Source: Mobula hypostoma (taxonomy: Eukaryota). Taken from it: a stretch of 64,000 nt of DNA. The notes under the pieces are model-generated. The model was given only the letters and a program-made list of their open reading frames with translations. It was not told the DNA's origin and made no database searches. Both the position numbers and the translations under genes were made by a program. Each line of letters begins with the position of its first letter. Position 1 is the stretch's first letter. The stretch is from assembly GCF_963921235.1 (NCBI RefSeq), contig NC_086109.1, forward strand, positions 19,966,001 through 20,030,000. Direction: 5' to 3'. Positions 11,245-23,689 of this stretch are shown here, one piece after another.

Positions 11245-13840
11245 ATAGATGCACAGTATCCTGACCGGTTGCATCATAGTTGATATGAAAACACCAGTGG
11301 CCAGGAATAGAAAAGCCTACACAAAGTGGTGGATACAGCCCCGTCCATCACAGGAAAAGCCCTTCCCACCATTGGGTACATCTACAAGGAGAGCTGCTAC
11401 AAGAAAGCAGCATCCAACAACAAGGACCACCCCACCATCCAGGCCGTGCATTGAGGTACAGGAGCTTTAGGGGTCCTACAAAGCGAAACCTGACATCAGG
11501 AATGGCAGATAAGCTCAATGCCTTTTACATACATTTAGAAAGGGAGAAGAAAATCTACATCTATGAGGATCCCTGCAGCGTATGGTGGCCCTGTGATCTC
11601 TGTCTCGGAGGCTGGCATCAGAACGTCTGTCAAGTGGGTGAAACCTCACAAGACAACAGGACTTGAAGGTGTACCTGGTAAGGCTCTGAAAACCTGTGCT
11701 AACTGATGGGCGTGTTCAAAGACATTTTCAATCTCTCATTGTTACAGTTGGAAATTCCCACCTGCATCAAAAGGGCAACAATTATGCCTTAACAACCATT
11801 GTCCAGTAGCACTCACATTTATGGTGATGAGGCGCTTTGAGAGATTGGTTATGGCTAGAATCAATTCCTGCCTAAGCATGGACCTGGACCCACTGCAATT
11901 TCCTTGTCACCACAATATGTCGGCAGCAAATCTGATCAAATTGACTTTTCATATGGCCTTAGATCACCTGGACAATACTAATACTTATGTCAGGTTGCTG
12001 TTTATTGATTCCAGATCAGCCTTAACACAATCTTTCCTACAGTTGGATCAAAAAGCTCCAAAACCTGGACCTCTGTACCTCCCTCTGCAACTGGATCCTC
12101 GACTTCTTCACCAGAAGACCACAGTCTCAGCGGACTGGATATAACATCTGTATCTCGCTGATAATCAACACTGGTGCACCTCAAGAATACGTGCTTAGCC
12201 CAGTGCTCTAATCCCTCCACACCCATAACTGTGTGGCTAGGCACAGCTCAAATGCCATTTATAAATTTGCTGCTGGCACAACTATTATTGTCAGAATTTC
12301 AGATGGTGTCCTCGACATACAGGAGTGCAATAGATAAACTAGTTGAATGGTGTTGCAGCAAGAATCAGTAAGACCAAAGAACTGATTGTGGATTTCAGAA
12401 AGGACAAGGGAACACGCACCAGTCCTCATCGAGGGATCAGTACGTTTTCACTCTCAGACAAGTCCTGTTTGTGACAGATGTCACTCTGAGGCAGCTTCTT
12501 TGACTCATATGTTCTGGTCTTGCCCTCTTTTGGAAAAATTTTGGAAAGACATCTTTGATATTATTTCAACAGTTTTGCGCATTGATTTACAACCGCATCC
12601 TATTACCGCAATTTTTGGTTTACCAATGATGGAACTTAGTTATTTATCCTCTTCAGCTTGTTGGCTGATTGCATTTGATACATTAATGGCTAGAAGATCC
12701 ATTTTATTGAATTGGAAAGAGATCAATCCTCCTACTATATTTCAATGGTTTTCCCAAACTATATCATGTTTAAATTTAGAAAAAAAATCAGATGTCACTT
12801 TTGATCCTTCAGTTAAATTTGAAGAGACTTGGAGGCCATTTATTCAACACTTTCATATGATGTAGCTTGACCTTTTCCGAATCCTTTTTATTAACCTAAA
12901 ATATATGGACAGAGGAGTGGAGTAAATGACATTAATGATTGTATTCGATGTAATATAACAGCCCAGCTTTGTTTAGTTTAGTTTTTGGTTCAGTTGAGTT
13001 TAGTATTTTTTATTTTGGGTTTTTTTTCCTTGATATTTTTTCATTTTTCTTCTTATCATGTTTAATTATATTAAGAGATTGGGAGGCCTAATGTACTTGT
13101 ATTATCTGTAGTTTTTACTTGCATATGTCAATTACCAATAATGTAATCCCAATCTCTTTGTATTAGTATTGTTGCTATGTTTATGAATTTGAAAATTAAT
13201 AGAAAGATTAAAAAGGGATCAGTACTGGAAAAGGTGAGCAATTTCCTGAGGATCTGTCCTGTGCCCAGCATATCGATGCAGATTCAAAGGCTGCATGACA
13301 GTGGCTACATTTCATTAGGAGTTTGAGGAAATTCAGTATGTCACCAAAGACGCTGGCAAACTACAACAGATGTACTGTGAAGAGCCTTCTATCTGGCTGC
13401 ATCACCGTCTGGTATGGGGGGGTGGGGGCCCTGCACAGGATTGGAATAAGCAGCAGAAAGTTGTAAACTCAGTCAGCTCCATCATGGGCACTGACCTCCC
13501 TTGCATCCAGGACACCTTCAGCGAGCGATCATAAGGATCCCCATCACCCAGGGCATGCCCTCCTCTCGTTGTTACCGTCAGGAAGGAAGTATAGGAGCCT
13601 GAACACAAACTCAATGCTTCATGAATAGCTTCTTCCCCTCTGCCATCAGACTTCCGAATGGATATTGAACCCATGAAACTACCTCACTACTATTTTTCTC
13701 CCCTCTAGTTGCATTACTTACTTAACTTTTTGTATGTGTAGACCTCTTACTGTAATTTACAGTTTTATGCATTTCAACATACTGCTGCCACAAAACACAT
13801 TTCATGACATATTAAACCCAAACTTGATTCTGATTCAGAT
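11245..13840 (+). mobile_element. Rex1/Babar-like LINE fragments (RT region), interrupted by L1
   Basis: ORF 11821-12144 FERLVMARINSCLSMDLDPLQF..ALDHLDNTNTYVRLLFID, the NTGAPQ motif, and the conserved 3' end. Confidence 0.85.
12444..13213 (+). mobile_element. L1 3' fragment with 12-bp TSD
   Basis: CDRCHSEAASLTHMFWSCP zinc-knuckle region; TSD agggatcagtac at 12432-12443 and 13214-13225; homologous to 22680-23480. Confidence 0.9.
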
Positions 13841-14774
13841 TCTGACACTGGTCCAGATTCAGGAACAGTTATTACCCTTCAAGCATCAGGGACCCGAACC
13901 ATTGTTACCCCAACTTTGAACTGATTCTACAATCCATGGGCTCACTTTCACTGCAACTCACACTCTCAGTACTATTTATTAATTATTTTTATAATTGCAC
14001 AAATAGTCTTCTTTTACAGCACATTGGTCGTTTGTCAGTCTTAGTGTGTAGATTTTCATTGATTCTATTGTAATTCTTTGTTCTACCATGAATGCCTACA
14101 AGAAAATGGATCTCAGGGTAGCATATAGTGACCTAAGCACATTTTGATAATAAAGTTACATTGAACAGAAGGATGTATTACAAATGATGAGAGAGTGGGT
14201 TTGAAAGAGGGGCTAGAAGGAAAGTCCAGAGATTGGTATCTTGCCAGATGAAGTCATCTTCCAATAATGAAATAACAAACAAGAGTCAGAACCAAATGGC
14301 AGTCAGTAGATCTGACTGCTGCAGTGGCTGCTCTTTCTTCTTACTTCAATTCTTTCCTGTTTTTATTTCCACCAAAAGGACAAGTTTGAAAGGGACAGCC
14401 AGGAGACAAACTTCCATTTCAGGATGTACAGTCAATGCATCAATGCAGAGGGGGTGCTCAGGAGCAAATTAATTTGCCTAATTATTGAAAACTGTACAAT
14501 CATGTTATTCAGGAGCCACAACCGACTCTTGTGCTGACGGTTCTGTAAGAGCCCACTCAGTCATAAATATTCCAACTCCATTCAAGTCGAGGACAAAAGG
14601 CTCCAATTATTGAAGAACTAGTGTGTGGAGCAACCACACAATAGCTTGAAAGCACACAGAATTAGTGTTAATGGTTCAATAATAGCGTTTCTTGTTGTGT
14701 TAAACTCAATGAGCAGTGCTCATACCACTGGGTTTGAGCCACACTCAACAGATTCAATCAGGCAGACACTCGAC

Positions 14775-14940
14775 CAGGGTGGCATGGCAGCGTAGCGGCC
14801 AGCGTGACGCTTCACAGCGCCAGAGGTTCAACTCCCACCACAGGCCAGAAGGAGTTTGTACGTTCTCCTCATGACTCTGTGGGTTTCCCTGGGGTGCTCC
14901 AGTTTCTTCCAACATTCCTAAGACGTACGGGTTAGAGTTA
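14775..14940 (+). mobile_element. tRNA-derived SINE
   Basis: tggcagcgtagcgg A-box-like, ggttcaactccc B-box, aaggagtttgtacgttctcc core. Confidence 0.7.
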
Positions 14941-15134
14941 GTGAAATTTTATTTTGTTCAGTTATTAGCATATTGGTAAAGCAGACTGTTCTCCTTACAG
15001 CAGAGATGGTCAAGAGGAGGGTTGATAGAGATATGAAAAACAGTGAAGATCTAGATGGAATAGATAAAAAGAAAATATTTTCATTGGCTGAAGGACTACT
15101 ACTGACAATGTGCCTTCACCCTTGATAAAGCAGG

Positions 15135-15425
15135 CGCTACAGTAGCGTAACGGTTAGCGTAATACTAACTTACGCTGCTGTCGGTAAGGAGTTTGTACAA
15201 TAACCCCCGTGACCATGTGTGTTTCCTCCAGGTGTTCTGGATTCTGCACATATTCCAGTCATACAGGCTAGGGTCATTAAGTTATGGGCATGCTATACTG
15301 GAGCTGGAAGCAAGGCAATATTTGCGGGATGCCCTCCCCCAGCATAATCTTTAGACTGTGCTGGTCGTTGATGCAAATGACACATTTCACTGAATGTTTC
15401 TATGTGCATGTGACAAATAAAGCTA
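15135..15425 (+). mobile_element. tRNA-derived SINE
   Basis: gtagcgtaacggttagcg head, taaggagtttgtac core, tail gtgacaaataaagctaa. Confidence 0.65.
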
Positions 15426-15814
15426 ATGGTTAAAGCAATGCACTCCTGAATGCCAACTACACACAATGTATGTCATCCTCCAGTAATCCTTGTTCCCACT
15501 ACAAATCACTTCCAACCATTCTAATTCAGAATCCTTCCTCCAAAAACCTCTCCTCCTACTTTGCCAGACCGCTCATTATTTTCAACAGATCTGTCATAAC
15601 TGCTCTTGACCTTTTCAGTTCCAAGGGAAATGACTGATGAAGTGCAGAAATACGGAAAAACACTGTCTAGAGGGTGGGCTGAGATGTGGCAGATGTGTCA
15701 GGGTGCAGGGTCTCAGAGCACTGGGAACTGGGATCTGATGAAGCAACGGGGGTAACAGAATATAGATAATGGGAAGTGAATGATAGATGAGGGGATAATG
15801 TTATTATATCATAG

Positions 15815-16620
15815 GATACATAATATGGCCTGGTATGGAAACACCAATGCTCTTGAATGGAAAAGCCTACTAGAAGTAGTGGATGCAGTCTAGTCCATCA
15901 TGGGCAAAGCTCTCCCCACCATTGAGCACATCTACAAGGAAAGCTGTTGGAGGAAAGCAGCATCCATTATCAAGGACCTCCAACATCTACGCCATACTCT
16001 CTTCTCACTGCTGCCATCGGGAAATGGTACAGCAGCCTCAGAATCCACCCCACCAGGTTCAGCAACAGTTATTTCCCATCAACCATCAGGCTCTTGTACC
16101 AAAGGGGATAACTTCACTCACCCCAACACTGAACTGCTTCCACACTTTCAAGGATTCCCTCTCGTTTTCAGTAATTTTTTGCTTAGTTTTTAATTATTAT
16201 TTTTTTTTGCATTTGCACATTATGCATGTGGCCTGGTTACACAATAATGCTATTAATAAAAACACTGGAGACAGGAGCTAAGTTTCATGGTTCTTTACTG
16301 GCAGAAACCGAACTCAGCACACACGTACAGATCAATATGTGTCTAATCACGCATGCAACGACGTGCCAGTAAAGAACCGTGAAACTTAGTTCCTGTCTCC
16401 AGCATTTTTATTAATAGCATTGTTGTGTAACCGGGCCACATGCACGACAGCAGAGTTTGTTGCCTTTTACACATTGCTTGTTTGTCCGCATTGTCGTGTG
16501 GGAGTTTTCATTGATTCTGTTGTGTTTTTGTTTTTTTTTTCCTGTGAATGCCGACAAGAAAATGAATCTCAGGGCTGTATATGGTAACATATGTACTTTG
16601 ATTATAAATTTACTTTGACT
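15815..16620 (+). mobile_element. Rex1/Babar-like LINE 3' fragment hosting a MITE
   Basis: ORF 15900-16193 GKALPTIEHIYKESCWRKAASIIKD..HTLFSLLPSG; tail aatctcagggctgtatatggtaacatatgtactttg. Confidence 0.8.
16227..16440. mobile_element. MITE with 77-bp TIRs (TGT...ACA) and 4-bp TSD TGCA; Ginger-like
   Basis: Inverted repeats 16227-16303 and 16364-16440; TGCA at 16223-16226 and 16441-16444. Confidence 0.8.
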
Positions 16621-17099
16621 CTGATATTGTTGAGTTGTCTGTGTATGTGACTGTCAATGACAATGGGATTGGTGGACTAGCTAACAGGCAACATTTGAAA
16701 TAATGCATGTAACCTTTCTAGAGGCAGCAGATATGTCCAGGGAATAACAAGGCGACGGATAAGAGAGCAACTTGAAAGTAACTTTAGTAGTGAAAGCTTT
16801 GCTTTCACTCATCTCCACATCCCTGATCACCTCACCTCAAATCCCCTTCCTGATTGTGCTGAGAGCACGCAGCATGAAAATGAACGAATCAATCACATGA
16901 GAGGGGTTTGATACACTGAGACAGTTAGCTAAATGGTGTTGTTATCCACACTTCATTTCCCCATAACTCACTGACAGGAGCAGCTGGAGGAAGAGTGTGT
17001 TATTGATGAGAGAAAGGCGGGGGGGGGGGGTTGGGGGGGACATTCATCTGTCAGCTCCCAGCTCGGAGCAGCCTCTGCTCCAGAACAACAGGGCTGGAT

Positions 17100-17422
17100 T
17101 GGATACCAGACCGTGCCGGTACAGACAGCCTGTGGACCCAGACGGTGAGGGCGCAGGTAGCAGCAGCCGATGTACCCAGACCAAGTATCGACAGGTCAGG
17201 CAAGTTTGCCAGGACTGACAGCAATGTGCCTGTTCCCAGAGTGCGCTAATACTGACAGTCAGTGCACCCAGACTGAATGCATGCCAGTGTGCACAACCCT
17301 AAAGTGTGCCAGTACCAGTCAGTGTAGCTGGCCCCAGAGTTTCAGCACCAGTGTGTTCATTAATACCCACAGAAAGTGCACCCAGACCACTCCAGTATCA
17401 ATAAACTGTATTGGTCCCAGAG
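17100..17422. repeat. Degenerate tandem repeat with recurring (a/c)ccaga motif
   Basis: Repeated units such as gtgcacccaga and ccagtac at roughly 30-40 bp spacing; similar units recur at 17670-17790. Confidence 0.4.
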
Positions 17423-18804
17423 TTTGGCTTCTCCTCTGCCATCTGATTTCTGAACGGATATTGAACCCATAAACTCTACCTCTTTACTATATTTGATTTC
17501 TATTTTTGCACTTTTTAAGTTATATATTTGATTTAATTATTACACACACACACACATACATTAATTCAGTTTTTTCCCTCTATGTATTACATTGTACTGC
17601 TGCCGCAAAGGCAAATTTCACGGCTTATGAAGTTGATATTAAACCTGATTCGGATGAGTTGATTGAGCTGTTCCCAGATGGTGCCAATTCCCACAGCCAG
17701 CATACCTGTGGCCATACAATGCCAGTGCCAGTCTGCACACCTGCTACCAGATGGCAGCAGCACTGCCCCAGACATCACCGGTACCAGTAGTTCCTGTGCA
17801 GTTACCACAAGAGTAGAAAATTTACCAACACATGATCTTGCACTTTGTTTACCTGCAGCTTTACACTTTATTCTGTATTATTTCTTTACCTGTTCTACTT
17901 TAATGCACTGTGTAATGATTTGATCTGTATGCACAGTATGCAAGACAAGCTTTTCACTGCATCTCAGTACATGTAACAACGGTAAACCAAAACCAAACAC
18001 CTGACTTATTTCAGTGACTGCTCCTTCAATAAGAATCATTAGTCCATACTCGCTTTAAAAATTCTAAGCTCTCAGAATTCAATGTGGCAGCAATGCATTT
18101 TCTGATAACATTTTGTAATAACTCCAAGGCAAACAAACACCAACTTCCTATCTTACAACGATTAGAACAAAGTGTAAAAAGGGGTTAGGGCAGCAAGCAC
18201 CGTTTCAGGGTAGAAAGGTTATGTATCTAAACAAATGCTCACCTTAATACTCAAAAGTGGGAATTACTGTAAATTAATTGTACACTTGGATTTCCAAAGT
18301 TGACAAAATAGGTACAGGCACAGTTTAGCAATTTGGAGTTTGTTTGAAAACTATCATGTGCAAGAGGGTTTTAAACAGTGTCTGCTCATTACCGGGTAAA
18401 ATTGTTGATTTCACTATATTATTCATTCATTTGCAGATTCTAGAGACAAGACTTGCATTCATAGACATCTTAGTCCCAAAGTATTACATCCAAAGAATAG
18501 CTTTAGGCCTGTAGCTCCTATTCTGTGGGCACCTCTCTGTCTTATAGTCTTACTTTGCAGAAGACCTTCCACGACCTTGATTTAGTCAGTCATTTGGTGC
18601 ATGGTTCAGTGGTTGCACTGAGTCAAAGACCTTACTCTTTAAATCTCAAACTGAACAGAATCAAGGTCCACCAAGAGTGCTGAGGGGAAGGTGTGTGCCC
18701 CGGCTAAGTTCCATCACAGGCACAACCCTCTTTGCCATCAAGGATATCTTCAAGAAGGTGGTACTCATCATTAAAGACCCTCATAATCAGGAATATGCCT
18801 TCTT

Positions 18805-21800
18805 TTTCACTACGCCATCTTTTTGGGTTCTTCTTCCAATAATACTTCTCTTTCCAGATACGCCTTTTTTCATTCAATTGTTCTCCCTTACAAATATTTT
18901 ATATTGAATAATATGTATTGGTATCTCTTTTTTTTCCTCTTTAATTTTCATCTTACTAATTATAAAACTAAGGTATTTTATTTTACTGTATCTGTTAAGT
19001 TTATTGTCTTTTTCGCTGTTATAGTGTAGTTTTTTTTTAGGTGGTCTTTTTACCAACATATATTTGGGAGCCACCTTCTGGAGAAATGGGGGTAGATTTA
19101 GTCTTAGCTAGCTTTCTGGCCTTTTCTGGCTTAGTTTTCGGGTTTCTTGGGTGGTGGGTGGGGGGGCTTATACTTTTTTTCAATGGGCTAAATTTGAACT
19201 ACAACAATGTCTGCAGTGTCGCAACTTCTGTCTCCTTTCCAAACGCTGGTTCCTCTTCCGTTTACATGAGTTTATACTCTGGTTAACTCTTTATATACCA
19301 AAAGACTGATTCAAGGTTAACATGGCTCAGAGAATTAATTTTGTTTCTTGGAATACAAATGGATTAAACCGTCCGATTAAAAGGAAGAAGATTTTTAAAG
19401 TATTCCATAGAATGAATGCCCATATTATTTTTGCCCAAGAAACTCATGTGAGGAAAGAGGATAATCAGCGTTCTTTTAAGTTTTGGAAGAAATAACAGCA
19501 TCACTCAAACTCCAAAGCTAAAGTGAAAGGAGTTTCAATTTTTATAGATTCTTCAATTGCATTTGTACATCAGAATACCTTCTCTGACCCGAATGGTAGA
19601 TTCTTGTCAATTACCAATCTACTTTTTAATAAGAAAGTTGTTATGGTTAATGTTTATGCCCCGAATGTGGACTACCCTGAATATTTTAAACAATTATTTA
19701 CCTCCTTTCCTAATTTAAGTGATTACATGTTGATAATGGGCGGTGACTTTAATTCTTGTTTAAATCCTTCGATGGATAAACCTGTACCAACTCAGGCACT
19801 ACCGAATAATTCGGCCACTCTTATCAGTTCGTTTTTGATTGATTCTGGAATCTCCGAAATTTGGAGATTTCTACATCCCAAGGATAAAGAATTTTCTTTC
19901 TTTTCACATTTACATCATACTTATTTTAGAATGACTTTTTTTATATATAGACTCTCATTTAATTCCATCTGTAATTGAGTGTAACTATGATATCATTGCC
20001 ATATCTGATCATGCACCATTGAATCTCTCTATCAAGTTATGGCATATACTTTCTAATACTAGACAATGGCGTTTCAGTTCCAACTTACTTCAAGACTCAG
20101 ATCTTTTAAAATTTATTAAGGATCAGATTGACTTTTTTTTTAACCAATACTACAGATGAAATTCCCAGTGGGGTTATATGGGACACTTTTAAAGCTTATA
20201 TCTGTGGTCAGATCATTTCCTGCTCGGCTGGATTGAAAAAAACGTACTTAGAATGAAATACTTGTATTGATTGATAAGATTAAAGACATTCATAAACAGT
20301 ATGCCACTGCTCCTAATGAGGAGCTTTACAAACAGAGAGTTGAACTTCAAATGGAGCATAATTTACTCTTAACATCGTCAATAGAAAATCAACTAATGAA
20401 AACAAGAAGTGAGTTTTATATACATAGTGATAAATCTGGTAAATTATTAGCCAATCAATTAAAAACAGCTTTGGTTAAACGTCAAATTACTAAGATTCGT
20501 AAACCTAATGATACTTTAACAGTTGATCATGATGAGATTAGTAAATCTTTTCAAGAATTTTATACATCTTTATATCAGTCAGAATTTCCTGATGATCCTA
20601 GGGAGATGCATGACTTCTTAAGGAAATTGAACGTTCTGAAATTAACACCTGAGGAACGTTTAAAATTAGAAACACCTATTACGGATGAAGAAATAACGGG
20701 TGCTATTTCCTTAATGAATTCCGACAAATCACCCGGCCCAGATGGCTATACAGCAGAATTTTTAAAGTTTTTTTTCTTCTATCCTTTCTCCTCATTTGTG
20801 CAGAGTTTTTAGAGATGCAATTATTATAGGTAAACTATGACAATCATTTTATGGAGCCTCTATTTCCTTAATTTTAAAAAAAATAAGAATCCTACTGAAT
20901 GTACATCATATAGACCGATATGCTTATTGAATGTTGATTCAAAAATTTTTTCTAAAATATTAGCATCTAGGTTAGAAAAGGTATTACCTCAAATTATTTC
21001 TGCGGATCAAACTGGATTTATTAAAAATTGTTATTCATCTTTTAATATTAGGAGATTAATAAATATTATTTATACTCCTTCACTGAGAACTCCAGAATGT
21101 GTTATTTCATTACATGCTGAGAAAGCTTTTGACAAAGTTGAATGGCCATATTTATTTACTATGCTTGAGAAGTTTAATTTTAGCCCGATATTTATATCCT
21201 GGATTAGACTGATATATCATACTCCTTTAGCTTCGGTTTTGGCTAATAATCAAAGATCTCCCTTTTTTCGATTATTTCATGGCACTAAGCAGGATTGTCC
21301 TTTAAGTCCTTTATTATTTGATATTGCTTTAGAACCTTTAGCAATTGCAATTCGAGATTCTCCAAATATTTTTGGTATTACTCGTGGGAAAGAGATACAT
21401 AAGTTATCATTATATGCAGATGATTTACTATTATATATCTCTGACCCAGAAAAATCCATTCCTGCAACTTTATCCTTGTTGAATAAGTTTAGTAAATTTT
21501 CTGGTTACAAATTGAATCTTAATAAGAGTGAACTTTTTCTGTTAAATATGATGGTTCCAAACTATAAATGTTTACGATTTAGATTAGTTACTGATCAATT
21601 TACTTATTTAGGAGTTAAAATTACTATGAAGGATTTATTAAAGGTTAATTTTTTACCCTTACTTGATCGGATTAAAGGTTTGATTACTAAACGGTCACCA
21701 ATGTTCTTGTCATGAATTGGTCGGATCAACACTGTTAAGATGATTATTTTACCTAAGTTTCTATATTTATTTCAAGCACTGCCAATTTTTATTTCAAAAT

Positions 21801-23484
21801 CTTTTTTTGATAATGTTGATTCAAAAATTTCCTCACACATATGGCAGAATAAAAATTCTAAAGTAAAAGACATTTACAGAAGCCCAAAAATGAGGGTGGC
21901 TTAGCATTGCCAAACTTTAGATTCTACTATTGGGCGATTAATATTCGTTATTTAAAATTTTGGACATGGAAATGGGACACAGTTTCAAGTCCACAATGGG
22001 TTAATCTTGAATGTAATTCTGTTTCAGCATTTTCATTGGGTTCTATTTTAGGGACCCCACTTCCTTTTGACTTTTCTAAATTGGACAAACAAATGGATAA
22101 CCCAATAGTTAAATATACTCTTTGAATATGGTTTCAGTTTCGAAGATTTTTTGGACTGAATCAATTTATTTTAACAAGCCCTCTTATATCCAACTTTCTT
22201 TTTCAACCCCCTTTTTCGGATCAAGCATATCTGGTCTGGAAAACAAAAGGTATAATACATTTTTCTGATTTATTTTTAGATAATTGTTTTATGTCTTTTG
22301 AACAATTATCTAATAAATATAACTTAGCTAGATCACGTTTTTTTTAGATATTTACAGATTAGAAACTTTTTAAATACTGTTCTTACCACCTTTCTGATTT
22401 CATATTCTACTGATATAATGGAAAAAATTTGGATTTAAACCTTTTTCAGAAAGGTTCAATAGCAATTATTTATAATATGATAAGGAAAATAAATCCAGAT
22501 GTTTCCAATACAATTAAGAATGACTGGGAAAGGGAACTTAAACTTACCTTACCTACTGAAAAATGGCAAAAAATTTTCCAACTAGTTAACTCTTCCTCTA
22601 TTTGTGCTAAACATGCATTGGTACAGTTTAAAGTTGTACATAGGGCTTATATGTCTAAGGATAAATTAGCTCGTTATTACTCTCATATAAACCCTATATG
22701 TGACGGATGTCATTCTGAGATAGCCTCATTAACTCATATGTTTTGGTCTTGTCCTTTATTGAAGAAATATTGGGACGATATTTTTGAAATTATTTCAACT
22801 GTCTTGAATATTGATTTACAACCTCATCCTATTACTGCCATCTTTGGTTTACCAATGGTAGAAAAACATCATTTGACCTCTTCAGCTTGTTCGGTGATTG
22901 CTTTGTTAGTCTAATGGCTAGAAGATCTATACTATCGAATTGGAAAGAGATTAGTCCTCCAACGACATTTCATTGGTTTCTCAAACTATATCCTGTTTAA
23001 ATCTAGAAAAAATTAGAAGTGTCATTTATGACCTATCTATTAAATTTGATGACACTTGGAGACCATTTATTCAATGCTTCCACATGATGTAATTTGACCC
23101 TTGCCAAATCTATTCTGTGATTTTAATATATGAGGAGAGGAACGGAAGTGGCGACACTATTGGTTCTATCTGAGGTATCATAATAGCCCTTTCTTTTTCT
23201 TTTCCTTAGTTTTCTTTTAGTTTGGGTAGATTAGTTTTTTTTAAAAGGAGATATATTTGTTTTCTTTTTCTGTTTTTTTAATGATATTTTTGTATTTTGT
23301 GTATACTCTTTATATAATTTATTGTTAATTTGTGAGATTTTGGGAGGTTTACTAACTATGTGTTAGTAAACACTGTATACTTTTATAGTATAATTATTAT
23401 TAATTAGTACAATCCCAATCACTCTGTACTTATTTTTTTGTAATGTACATGATATTGAAACTAATAAAAAGATTGAAAAAGAAA
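18805..23484 (+). mobile_element. 5'-truncated LINE-1 (L1/Tx1 clade) with near-complete decayed ORF2 and 16-bp TSD
   Basis: TSD aggaatatgccttctt at 18789-18804 and 23485-23500; aataaaaagattgaaaaa tail; no ORF1 visible. Confidence 0.93.
19322..23092 (+). pseudogene. L1 ORF2 (APE endonuclease, RT, C-terminal CCHC), disrupted by stops and frameshifts
   Basis: MAQRINFVSWNTNGLN, AQETH, NVYAPN, GGDFN, SDHAP, KSPGPDGY, YRPI.LLN.D.KI, LYADD, CDGC...HMFWSC. Confidence 0.92.
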
Positions 23485-23689
23485 AGGAATATGCCTTCTT
23501 CACAGAGGTGGTGTTACAGGATCCTGAAGATCCACGTTCAGTGTTTCATGAACAGCTTCTGCTCCCTCCAATAGATTTCTAAATGATCCATGAATGCCAA
23601 GTTGTTATTTGAACTATTGAAATGTTGTACTGTTATCACAAGTTTCATGACAGATGTGGTAATAAACCTGCATCTGATTTTTAAACACA

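Noticed and set aside
12386..12865. Chimeric ORFs (also 32197-32604) that look like novel fusion proteins
   Set aside because: They are chance in-frame read-throughs across Rex1/L1 insertion junctions.
14270..14480. Possible minus-strand exon with a gtaag donor in unique sequence
   Set aside because: All three frames contain stops and the acceptor is weak.
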